Shown piece by piece: positions 29,025-38,433 of a stretch of 63,202 nucleotides of DNA. Under the pieces are notes generated by a model that was given only the letters and a program-made list of their open reading frames with translations, was not told the DNA's origin and made no database searches. The translations under genes were made by a program, and so were the position numbers. The DNA is from Candidatus Zixiibacteriota bacterium (lineage in GTDB: Bacteria > Zixibacteria > MSB-5A5 > RBG-16-43-9): positions 1 through 63,202 of the forward strand of contig JAUYBY010000078.1 in the NCBI GenBank assembly GCA_030692925.1, written 5' to 3'. How positions within the stretch are numbered: the first letter of the stretch is position 1; each line of letters starts with the position of its first letter.

Positions 29025-29158
29025 CAACAGAGTTTCAAAAAAACCGTTACCGAAATGCTGAAAATCTACGCTTTCAGGAGAACAATACCTTATCCGAATT
29101 TGGATCCATAGGTACAGCCTTACCCTACACTTTTTTCTTTTGTCTTCAGCCTTTAGCC

Positions 29159-29953
29159 TTAAAAGGACTCCACATAGATTATCCGGAATTCTCTTCCGAT
29201 CTGTGAGATATTTTTCGTATTCTGAAGGATATTCCTCAAATCTAATTCCAGAGAAAGCCGGTCTGAGAAAATCCATTGAATCCCTAAGTTAAGATAGCCT
29301 CTTCCTTTGCCGAAAGCGCTGTTGTTGTCGTCATTGGTTCCGAGGTCATATTCTAAGATACCTCCTATGCTCTCATTGAACCTTATGTCAGTTCCCATAA
29401 AGAGATTAAGATTTTTATCCTTATCATCATTTTCCAGGCTATAATTAGCCCCGAAGTGAAACCCCATCAGTATGTCATAGACCAGATAATTCTTGCTGAC
29501 CACCCCGTAAAAACCTCTGGATTTAAACTGGTATCTCTTCAGGGAATCGTCATACTCCCCCATCCCTTGCCCATCATACCCCAGGGCAAAAGCTGGCAAC
29601 AGGTAGCTTTCATTAATCAGCCTGATCTTAGCAGCAATCTCGGGCCTCGGATTCCAGACAGGCTTTTCCTGACTTATGAGCTTTGCCCCACCGTAAGATA
29701 TCCCTAACATAAACCTCTTCATCAGTCCAATGTCGATAGTATTTATTACCCCTCCTCCAGGGTAGATTTTTATGTCAAAGTCAAAACTACCTCTGGGTAA
29801 AAGTCCGGCTGTTGGAGTATCGATTAGTTTACGAGGCTGGATACTCCCCCACTCCTTTATCCGGGTCACCTTCCCCTGTTCCACTTTCTGAGAAAAAGCC
29901 AAATCCTGTAATAGAAATAAGGATAAAACTGTGATAAAGACAACTTTTTTCAT
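29159..29953 (-). CDS. YjbH-like outer-membrane beta-barrel protein
   Basis: signal peptide; LIDTPTAGLL, K.RLI.E..LLPA.A.G, YLNLG.QW; C-terminal Phe; ATG at 29953 with GGAGGAG RBS. Confidence 0.7.
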   Translation of the reverse strand: MKKVVFITVLSLFLLQDLAFSQKVEQGKVTRIKEWGSIQPRKLIDTPTAGLLPRGSFDFDIKIYPGGGVINTIDIGLMKRFMLGISYGGAKLISQEKPVWNPRPEIAAKIRLINESYLLPAFALGYDGQGMGEYDDSLKRYQFKSRGFYGVVSKNYLVYDILMGFHFGANYSLENDDKDKNLNLFMGTDIRFNESIGGILEYDLGTNDDNNSAFGKGRGYLNLGIQWIFSDRLSLELDLRNILQNTKNISQIGREFRIIYVESF

Positions 29954-30118
29954 CTTCTCCTCCAGTTTTAGGTTCACCTTCAAGTTCCAACTTAATCCCA
30001 GAAAGCTTTCAAGTCAAATAAAATCTTCTCGAATGGAGTGTAAAGCTTTAGCTTTACTCATTGGCCTTTGCTCTTCGTCCGAACTTGTCGTCAAGACCCA
30101 AAATCGGGGATCCATAGG

Positions 30119-30173
30119 ATTGGTGTCCTCTCCAACGAAAAAAGTTTGTTGGTCAGGAGACCAACAAACAGCG
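30119..30173. repeat. GTTGG-type REP doublet (reverse orientation)
   Basis: ATTGGTGTCCTCTCCAAC and GTTTGTTGGTCAGGAGACCAACAAAC. Confidence 0.8.
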
Positions 30174-30417
30174 AGGGAAGTCTCCACACGTTCAACTCGT
30201 AGGTCGGGCACCCTTGCCCGACCTACGTTGGATACTTTTTTAGCGATCCAGCTATCAAATACAATTAAATAAGCAATCCTTATGCCTGAAAAATAAGAAT
30301 TGGGGGGTTCTGTAAGTGGCTGATTTATACGCAGATATTTGAAGGTTTATCTTTTAAAGAAAATCTGAAATCATCTTCTTGCACAAAAATCATTCAGAGG
30401 CAAAACTTTTTTGTGCA

Positions 30418-30930
30418 TCAGCTCCATTCATCATAACATACTATTTCCTCTAACTTTTTCCTGTGCCTTGCAGGAGGTATAGTTTTCGGATAACCCAGTG
30501 GGAAAATCTGAACTATCCTGATATTTTCCGGGATCTGCAGGATTTTTTTGACCTCATCCTCCTTGAAAGCACCAATCCAGCAGGTCCCTAAACCTTCTTC
30601 AACTGCCTGCAGAGTCATATGATCCATTGCAATTGTCAAATCGATGGGATAGGCATACTGTCCGCAGGTCATAATATAATCTACCACAGTGGCGCACCCT
30701 ACGATTATCACCGGTGCCTCCGCTAAAAAGTGCTGATTATTAGCAGCGGAGGCAACCTTCTTCCTTAATTCCTTATCTCTGACGATCACAAATCTCCATT
30801 CCTGCAGATTTTTGGCTGAAGGGGCTAATCTACCTGCCTCTAAGACTCTTAATAATTTTTCTTCCTCGATAGGCTTATCTAAAAAGCTGCGGATGCTTCT
30901 TCTGGTTTTAATTGCATCAAAGACGTTCAT
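30418..30930 (-). CDS. nitroreductase family protein
   Basis: RRSIRSF, APSAKNLQ.W.F, GLGTCWIG, LGYP. Confidence 0.93.
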   Translation of the reverse strand: MNVFDAIKTRRSIRSFLDKPIEEEKLLRVLEAGRLAPSAKNLQEWRFVIVRDKELRKKVASAANNQHFLAEAPVIIVGCATVVDYIMTCGQYAYPIDLTIAMDHMTLQAVEEGLGTCWIGAFKEDEVKKILQIPENIRIVQIFPLGYPKTIPPARHRKKLEEIVCYDEWS

Positions 30931-31296
30931 GTGCTCCTCCCAAGTAGCATAAAAACCGTGAGCGTGACTCGTTCCTCGTGAGCGTGAAGAAAGGAATTCC
31001 TAAGTTCAGCCAAAGCTGAGAATAATTGTGTTATAACGACTTAATAAGTCGCGTAGGGGTGGAGCTTGTTGAGCTTTGCGAAATCCCGCCAAAAGGCGTG
31101 GGGCCGGCCTCCACCCTTATCCATTGGGCGTCCAACTGAACGTCCCTACGCGTGTTGTAGTATGCTCACGAACAACGGTCACGAGTAACGTTTTTTTGAA
31201 GAAACAAATAGGGACGCTCAGTTAAACGTCCCTACTGTTTTCTCATGCATATCTTTTGTCCGTCATCCGTTATCCGGCATTCGTCATCTCTTGAGT

Positions 31297-33432
31297 CTAC
31301 TTCTTGATAAACAAATTCGGATCCACCTTCGCATTCAGGTTCATCTCCAGAACCTTGGTCTCGGCATATTTCTTCCCCTCAACGTTGATCACCCGGTCAA
31401 AGGGAAGTTTCACTCCTGAGACTTCCCTGAAATCAGACAGGACTTCCTCGAAGTTGGCTGGGCCCATCATACCCTGTCCCCTATAGGAGATCTTGACCGG
31501 AAGATAAGATGTCGGGTCTAGGTACATTTTTAATTCATTTCCAGAAGGATCGAAGATCAAAAGAAGGCCCAGTTTTTTCCCTTCAGATTCTTCCTCGCCT
31601 AAATCCTGAATCTTTAAGTTCTCCGCCTGAAAAAGATTGGTGAAAGAGCGGAAAAGTTCACCCTTGGTTTCTTTCACCTGAGACTCCGGTAAATCCTGCG
31701 AGCCCTGAGGACCCACAAACCAGCCTTTCTCCCCATCGAAAACCACAGTGAATATCCCACCAGGAGTGTTCATCTCCTGCACTACCTTATTCGGGAAGAT
31801 CTGGCTGGAAGTAACTGAAAGCTGAATATCTCCCTGGGGAGTCGAGACGCTGGTCTCTGTCTTTATCACTGCGCTCTTGATAGCAGAAAAACTCTTTTTC
31901 CCACCGCAGGCGGCAATTACTTTATCGAAAATCTCTTTTCCTTTAGCTAAAGAAGCTGGCGTGGCTTCTGGAGTCTTCTCCTTTGCCTGAGGAGCGGCTT
32001 CAGGTATAGTTATATCTATGGTATCAACTTTACCCAGTACTGAAAGCGGCTGGTCAAAATCCTGGCTTTTCCCCACAGCTAAAATCACTAACTGATCTGG
32101 ATGGAGATGCGATTTGGCTGCTCTGAGTATGTCCGTCTTGGTGACCTTCTCTATCTGGGCTCTGGTCTTCTGGGTGAAATCTAAAGGGAAGCCGTAGTAT
32201 TCATACGTCATAAGACGGTTGACCACCTTATCCTTGGTATCGAACCTGAAGGCAAAGGAATTAAGATAATACTCCTTGGCTCTATTCAACTCCTCGTCTG
32301 TGACCTCTTCCTGAGTGAGCCTCCTGATCTCATCGATCATTAAATTTATGGCTTTCACTGTTGACCCGGATTTGGTTTGACAGAGAACGTAAAAAGCGTC
32401 CGGATAAGCGAAGTCGAAGCTGTAAGCACCGCCTACATGGTAAGCCAGTCCTTCCTCGGAGCGAACCTTTGTGAAAAGCCGCGAGGCAAAGCTGCCGCCA
32501 AAGATATTATTCATCACCGTTATGGCAAAGTAGTCCGGATCATTCATCATTCCACCTATATGACCCAGATAGATGTTTGCCTGGTTGACATCATCTTTTT
32601 TTACCAGATTAACTGAGGAGTGATATTTGTAATCCACCTTTGGAAATTCCAGCCCTTCGACCTTTTCCGGCTTCCAGTTGGCAAAAGCTTTTTTTATCTT
32701 CTGGAGCATATCCTTAGTATTGAAATCCCCCCACACTCCCACAATCACCAAATTCGGGTGAAAATATTTCTTGTGAAATTCAACCAGGTCTTCTTGTTTA
32801 ATGTTATCGATGGTGGCATATTCCGGAACACGCGCATACGGGCTTTGCGCTCCATAAATAAGCTTATCGAATTCGCGTGCGGAGATCTGTCCCACCTGGT
32901 CATTTCTGCGCGAGATACCACTTTTCTGCTGGACCTTTGCCAGATCGATCTTATCCTGGTCGAACTTCGGGTCCATCAGGATGTCCGCCAAAATGGAGAG
33001 TCCCTTATCCACATCCTCTTTTAGAACTGACATGGAGGCGCCACCTTCTGTTCCTCCGATATAGGTCTCGACTGAAGCGCCCAGTTTCTCTAACTCATCG
33101 TCTATCTGGTCTCCGGTCCTGTTCCCAGCACCCCCGGTTCTCATAACCATCCCGGTGATACTGGCAAGACCTATTTTGTCTGCTGGCTCAAATACCGAGC
33201 CGGTCTTGATTTTAGCAGATAACCCCACAATGGGAAGCTGATGGTCTTCTGCTAAAAAAACTATCATCCCATTAGAAAGGACTTCCCTTTTTACCTCCGG
33301 GATTTTCAACTGCCCCAGAGGAGGATATTTTAAGTCTTTATAACTTTTCTGCGCCCAACCCGCAGAGGTGACAAACAAAATCAGAAACATCACCAGAAAA
33401 AGGTACTTAAAGTTTTTCATACTCCTGAACAT
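31297..33432 (-). CDS. M16 (pitrilysin) peptidase, non-catalytic partner subunit, with extra C-terminal beta-rich (LolA-like) domain
   Basis: signal peptide; M16 fold lacking HXXEH; GG.FASRLF..VR...GLAY motif; ~230-aa C-terminal extension. Confidence 0.82.
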   Translation of the reverse strand: MFRSMKNFKYLFLVMFLILFVTSAGWAQKSYKDLKYPPLGQLKIPEVKREVLSNGMIVFLAEDHQLPIVGLSAKIKTGSVFEPADKIGLASITGMVMRTGGAGNRTGDQIDDELEKLGASVETYIGGTEGGASMSVLKEDVDKGLSILADILMDPKFDQDKIDLAKVQQKSGISRRNDQVGQISAREFDKLIYGAQSPYARVPEYATIDNIKQEDLVEFHKKYFHPNLVIVGVWGDFNTKDMLQKIKKAFANWKPEKVEGLEFPKVDYKYHSSVNLVKKDDVNQANIYLGHIGGMMNDPDYFAITVMNNIFGGSFASRLFTKVRSEEGLAYHVGGAYSFDFAYPDAFYVLCQTKSGSTVKAINLMIDEIRRLTQEEVTDEELNRAKEYYLNSFAFRFDTKDKVVNRLMTYEYYGFPLDFTQKTRAQIEKVTKTDILRAAKSHLHPDQLVILAVGKSQDFDQPLSVLGKVDTIDITIPEAAPQAKEKTPEATPASLAKGKEIFDKVIAACGGKKSFSAIKSAVIKTETSVSTPQGDIQLSVTSSQIFPNKVVQEMNTPGGIFTVVFDGEKGWFVGPQGSQDLPESQVKETKGELFRSFTNLFQAENLKIQDLGEEESEGKKLGLLLIFDPSGNELKMYLDPTSYLPVKISYRGQGMMGPANFEEVLSDFREVSGVKLPFDRVINVEGKKYAETKVLEMNLNAKVDPNLFIKK

Positions 33433-33539
33433 CTCTTTTCTCCTTCTGTCAAGATTCATTGTATTGTTTTGTGAATTCATTGTTCTTTTCTTATTTTTTT
33501 CCCTTGAACTCTTGCACCCTTAAACCTTTGAACTTTTTT

Positions 33540-35054
33540 TTATTTTGTAGTAACTATCTCCCCCACTGTCCGGTTGGTTTTCTTGAGATATTCATTTGCC
33601 GCTTTCTGAATGTCTGAAGGGGCGAGACTGTTTATCCTATCCAGTTCTTTGAACAGGTTTCTCCAGTCTCCGGATATCACCTGATAAGAGGTAAGCTGAA
33701 TCCCCATTCCCATATTGGATTTAAGCTGTCTTATGAAGTTTGCTTTTGCCCTGGTCTTGATAGCATTCAAATCCTCAGTGGAAATAGGATCGGTCTTTAT
33801 CTTTTCTATTTCCTGGTAGATTATATCCTCGCATTCCTGATTGGAATGGTCCTTAGCCGGAACCGCATAGAAGGCGATCAGGGTAGGATATTTCTCCGCC
33901 GGGAAAGCCGGTATCGCTCCGACCTGCACTGCTATTTTTTTCTCCTTGACCAGGATTTTATAAAGCCGCGAAGTCCGTCCGCCACCCAGGTAATCAGCTA
34001 TTGCTGAGAAAGCCGGATCTTCGGAATTGTTGGTGTTGGGGCGGTGATACCCGATGAGCAGGATCGGCTGGGACTTATCCTCGACTTCTATCCTTTTCTC
34101 CCCTAACTGCGGGGGCTCTACGGTTCTTACCGGAGAAGGATATTCCCCCCTGGGAATGCTTCCGAAATACTCCTGGGCAAAGGCTATTACTTCTTTTGGA
34201 TTAACGTCTCCCACAATTCCGATGGTGAGGTTGTTCGGTATATAATATTTTTTGTAATAATCCTGCGCTTGATGACGAGTGATCGATTGAAGGTCAGACA
34301 TATGCCCGATTACTTGGTGGTGGTAGGGGTGTGACTTAAAGGCGGCTGCCATAAACTCCTCAAACAGTTTTCCGAACGGACTGCTCTCTATTCCCAGTCT
34401 TCGCTCCTCCATTATCACGTCTTTTTCCTTATAAAATTCACGCAAAACCGGATGCATGAATCGATCCGATTCTAATGCCATCCATAGCTCTAACTTGTTG
34501 GAGGGAAAGCTATATATGTAGCAGGTCTGGTCATCGGAGGTAAAAGCGTTCAGTCCCACTCCACCTGCTTCCTCCACTATTGCTCCGAATTGATTGCTCA
34601 CTACGTATTTTCCCGCCTCGTCCTGGGTTTTGGAGAACTCATCCTGCAATTTTTTCAGCCGCTCCTGGTCTGCCCTGTCCCCTTTATCCCTTTCCATTAA
34701 AATCTCATTGAAAAGGGAATCCTCTTTTGCCATCACTATTTTTTCTTTTTCATAATCTTTTGTACTGATATCAGTGGTTCCTTTGAAAGCCATATGTTCA
34801 AAAATGTGAGATATCCCGGTTATCCCGGTAACCTCATTGTTCGAGCCTACGTTGGCATAGGTGCAAAAGGAAACCACTGGAGCCTCGTGCCTTTCTAAGA
34901 TGATAAATTTTAACCCATTGGGAAGGGTGTACTCGGTGATGTCTTTTTCCATCCCTTTAAAAGAATCCAGGGGTTTACTCTTTTGCCCGAAGGAGAATGA
35001 GAATAGGAGTGAAACTAAAACTAAGCTTAGAGCAAAACACCTCTTCTTAAACAT
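33540..35054 (-). CDS. M16 (pitrilysin) zinc peptidase, catalytic subunit
   Basis: signal peptide; GISHIFEHMAFKGT, NAFTS.DQT, EKDVIMEERR. Confidence 0.93.
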   Translation of the reverse strand: MFKKRCFALSLVLVSLLFSFSFGQKSKPLDSFKGMEKDITEYTLPNGLKFIILERHEAPVVSFCTYANVGSNNEVTGITGISHIFEHMAFKGTTDISTKDYEKEKIVMAKEDSLFNEILMERDKGDRADQERLKKLQDEFSKTQDEAGKYVVSNQFGAIVEEAGGVGLNAFTSDDQTCYIYSFPSNKLELWMALESDRFMHPVLREFYKEKDVIMEERRLGIESSPFGKLFEEFMAAAFKSHPYHHQVIGHMSDLQSITRHQAQDYYKKYYIPNNLTIGIVGDVNPKEVIAFAQEYFGSIPRGEYPSPVRTVEPPQLGEKRIEVEDKSQPILLIGYHRPNTNNSEDPAFSAIADYLGGGRTSRLYKILVKEKKIAVQVGAIPAFPAEKYPTLIAFYAVPAKDHSNQECEDIIYQEIEKIKTDPISTEDLNAIKTRAKANFIRQLKSNMGMGIQLTSYQVISGDWRNLFKELDRINSLAPSDIQKAANEYLKKTNRTVGEIVTTK

Positions 35055-35607
35055 AAAACCTTACCTCCTGTAAATGGTTAATTGTTATAGCTTTTATTTG
35101 TTTCCTGTATGTAGAGGAAGGCTTCAGCCTTCCAACCGATAAAATATCATCCTTGCCACCAAGAAATAGAAGCATCACTATTCCTACAAAATATAGTCCA
35201 CAATTTAACCAAAACCGCCACTTTGTCAAGGGCATCACTCATCTTTTTTTTGAATATCCAACCGTGGTTTCTTTTATACCTTAGTTCTTTGCTGATTGTT
35301 GCATTTTTTTACAAACATTAGGGCTCATTACAATACGACCCGTCTTTTCTGCAAGTAGCTGTAGGGACAGAACAGTGTTCTGTCCCTACAAAATCTTCCA
35401 CTCTACCTACGGGAGAGAGTTAAGATGAGGTCCTGTTATCAAACAGTAGACCTATTTTTACAGGGCGAGGGAACCTCGCCCCTACAAAGCATCAAGATCT
35501 TGAATCTTGTGAGAGTGCCACAGGCGTCCCGCCTGTGATAACAAGTTGCCACAGGAGTGGTAACGCTACGACCTTGACCTCTCGAATCCTTCAATCCTTT
35601 CGCATTG

Positions 35608-36342
35608 TCACAGCTTTAGCCCTTCCCATTTCCTGAATACCTCCAAAACCATCTTCTTAATTTTCTCCGCCACTTTTTGCATATAGATTTTCGCCTTTTT
35701 CTCATCGAAATCCGGATACCCCTCATTTTCCTTATACAGGATGATGGAGGATGGGACAGGCACTACGCTGAGAGCTTCGTCAAATTTATAAGTCATTCCC
35801 TTCTTATACAGGTCTTCTTTGACCAAGCTTTTGTCAATTGCTAGAATTCCGGCAGTTTCATCCACGGCTCCATGCCCTCCAGCAACGCCATAGACTTGCT
35901 TGGTTATATCTTCACACAAAATCCACCAATGCACCACAGCAATTTTTGCCTTTCTGGCTTTATGAACCTTAAAAGCCGCATTTTTCAACTCATTCAGATG
36001 TCCCCCGTGCCCGTTGATTACAACAATCTTTGAAAAACCTTTTTCAGCCATCGAATCGATGATCTCATAAAGGTAATTTTCAAAAGTCTGCGAGGTAACG
36101 CTCAAAGAGCCGGGATAATGATAAAGGCTTCGCGTGACACCATAATAGACCGGAGGTGCAATAATTGCCTTTAAATCCCCTGCAATCATCTCCGCTATCT
36201 TTTGAGGTATCTGCACGTCCGTTCCTAAAGTAATGACACCATGAGCCTCAATCGTGCCTACTGGCAGGATAATGGTGTCAATTTTTTTCGGAACCAGCTT
36301 TTGAAACTCCATCCAGTTCAGATTTTCCAACCTGTAAACCAT
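35608..36342 (-). CDS. creatininase/mycofactocin peptidase-family amidohydrolase
   Basis: LPVGTIEAHG, GTD, NGHGG, GGHG..DET. Confidence 0.88.
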   Translation of the reverse strand: MVYRLENLNWMEFQKLVPKKIDTIILPVGTIEAHGVITLGTDVQIPQKIAEMIAGDLKAIIAPPVYYGVTRSLYHYPGSLSVTSQTFENYLYEIIDSMAEKGFSKIVVINGHGGHLNELKNAAFKVHKARKAKIAVVHWWILCEDITKQVYGVAGGHGAVDETAGILAIDKSLVKEDLYKKGMTYKFDEALSVVPVPSSIILYKENEGYPDFDEKKAKIYMQKVAEKIKKMVLEVFRKWEGLKL

Positions 36343-36414
36343 GAAATACTCCTGTTTTTCGTTTTTTAGATCTTTTTTCTTTCCCCTGTCTACTGCCTAC
36401 TACCTACTGTCTAC

Positions 36415-37161
36415 TTATTTGTATTCCAGCACATAAACCGTCATCTCTTTGGGCAGAGAATCTTTAGAAAATCTGACTGAATTTTTCCCTACCTTCACCA
36501 CATTCTTTTTCCCTTTCAAGAAAGGCTCAAGCGTGGAGATGGGAAATCCGGAACCCATAACCGGGGTCTTGTAATGCATTGGGAAAACCACTTTAGGATT
36601 CATTTTATTAATGATTTTGATAGCCTGTTCTGCATCGATAGTAAAATACCCACCAACCGGTATGAAAACCACATCCACAGGTCCGATTTCTTTGTACTGG
36701 GAATCAGTCAGGTCTACCCCTAAATCGCCAAAGTGCGCAAACCTTATCCCTTCAAATTCCCACACCCGAATGTAATCATCCCCCCTGCCATCGCCATGAG
36801 AGGCTTTGACAGCTTTGAAAGTAATCCCTTTTGCAGTCTTGGTCTGACCACCTCTTATGACTTCAGGTTTTCCGCTTATGGCAGAGACGTTATTGTGATC
36901 GAAATGCTCGTGGCTGACTAAAACTATATCCGCGCTTACATTGGGCACAGGGTAACCTACGCTTTTGTCAAACGGGTCAGTCACGATTTTAACTGAATCT
37001 GAAAGCATAAAACAGGAATGCCCGAACCATCTGATAGTAACCTCTTTGTTTTCCATTTTCTCTCCCTCCACTTTGGGTTTTTGAGCTTGAGTCGAACTAA
37101 AAATCAAGGCTAAAGAAAGCATAACAACAAATTGACCGAAAAGCCGAACTTTTTTAAACAT
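36415..37161 (-). CDS. metallo-beta-lactamase fold hydrolase, probably exported
   Basis: GHSCF, DP, SHEHFDHN, H.GD, PVGG..T, PMHY; N-terminal signal; GGAGG RBS. Confidence 0.88.
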   Translation of the reverse strand: MFKKVRLFGQFVVMLSLALIFSSTQAQKPKVEGEKMENKEVTIRWFGHSCFMLSDSVKIVTDPFDKSVGYPVPNVSADIVLVSHEHFDHNNVSAISGKPEVIRGGQTKTAKGITFKAVKASHGDGRGDDYIRVWEFEGIRFAHFGDLGVDLTDSQYKEIGPVDVVFIPVGGYFTIDAEQAIKIINKMNPKVVFPMHYKTPVMGSGFPISTLEPFLKGKKNVVKVGKNSVRFSKDSLPKEMTVYVLEYK

Positions 37162-37385
37162 AAAACCTCCTTTTTTCTTTTCGTAGGGCAAACCTTCAGG
37201 TTTGCCTTTTTTATGACGTGATTCAGGAAGGTAGCCGCAAGCTTTAGCTTGCGATTTTTACAACTGGAGTATTCTAACTCAGACATAAAGTCTATGGCTA
37301 CCAACTCAAGATTCTTTCTGGGCCTTAAGGCTTACCTGTTCTTTCACTCCGCTTATAGCGGAGGTTTACGTCTTTTTAAAACTTT

Positions 37386-37476
37386 CGTAGCGCGACCCTT
37401 TTCCTATTAACGGATCCGTAGGACAGGGTCGCAATGCGAGGCTAAAAGTCTCAAGACCTTGACGGCCTCGCGCTAC
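37386..37476. repeat. GTAGCGCGACCC...GCCTCGCGCTAC REP doublet carrying two loop insertions
   Basis: compared with the uninterrupted copy at 60972-61023; inserts at 37402-37423 and 37449-37465. Confidence 0.75.
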
Positions 37477-37480
37477 GAAA

Positions 37481-38371
37481 CTATCTCAGATCATAAAGTT
37501 TATCAAATAAAACCAGTTGCGACGAATAATAAACCAGCCGGTAAAATGACCTGAACAAGCTGTAAGCTTGCTGCACGAGAAATAAAGATAATATCAGCAA
37601 TTTATCCGCTGGTATAAAATGCAAAATTTTGCTCAGCCCGAGATAAGCAATCAAAGTTCCTAAAAGAATCAGGCTCAAAAGATAATAAAGTAAAACCGTC
37701 CTTCCAAAATTCCTGAAGATAAACCTTAAGCTCGGTATTAAAATCGCCCTTAGTTTCCTCTCTTCAGAAGTGACCCTATAAATCCTTAGGTAATCCCCCC
37801 ACATATCCACCAGCATAAATAACAGCGCAAAGATGACCAGCCCGGTGATGAGAACTAAAACGTGACCCGTTACTGAAAGCTCCTTCCCTGCTATTGCCTG
37901 AATTAAAGAAAAGATCAACATCCCCAGGATGAAAGCCAGTATGTAAATTACACAAATGAAAATGAAAATCTTAAAAAAGCTCCAGAAATATTTACCGCAG
38001 TCTCCGAAGAATTTTTCACCTTTGAATCTCTGTTTGCCTTCTCTTAGATTTTGGAAGAGTGCTCCCCACAAACCTCCGGAGAGGAATATATAACCGAGTA
38101 TAGAGATTAAAATGATAAAAAGAAATAAAACCCGGTATAAGCCTATGCTCTTGTTCCAGTAAGTAAAGAAATCCACCAGCAGAGAAAAATCATACCCCTT
38201 AAGAAAATTATTAGCCAAAGGAGACAAGGAGAAAGTTCTGGCGAACATGTAATAGGCAGGGATCAAAAGACAAAATGCAAAAAACACCTTGAATAAAAAC
38301 AAGATCAGAGCCAAGATTTTATTCTCCCAAACTCTGGCAATGCCATTCCTGAACGCTTCCCACATAGCCAT
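37481..38371 (-). CDS. hypothetical integral membrane protein
   Basis: about 6 hydrophobic segments; directly downstream of the M1 peptidase. Confidence 0.8.
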   Translation of the reverse strand: MAMWEAFRNGIARVWENKILALILFLFKVFFAFCLLIPAYYMFARTFSLSPLANNFLKGYDFSLLVDFFTYWNKSIGLYRVLFLFIILISILGYIFLSGGLWGALFQNLREGKQRFKGEKFFGDCGKYFWSFFKIFIFICVIYILAFILGMLIFSLIQAIAGKELSVTGHVLVLITGLVIFALLFMLVDMWGDYLRIYRVTSEERKLRAILIPSLRFIFRNFGRTVLLYYLLSLILLGTLIAYLGLSKILHFIPADKLLILSLFLVQQAYSLFRSFYRLVYYSSQLVLFDKLYDLR

Positions 38372-38375
38372 CTTT

Positions 38376-38428
38376 TACCTACTACCTATCATCTATTACC
38401 TACCACCTATTACCTACAACCTACCACC
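38376..38428. repeat. heptamer tandem repeat (TTACCTA/CTACCTA-like)
   Basis: 7-nt periodic TACCTA core; similar tracts at ~36388-36414, ~48800-48835, ~59250-59303. Confidence 0.75.
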
Positions 38429-38433
38429 TTTTT

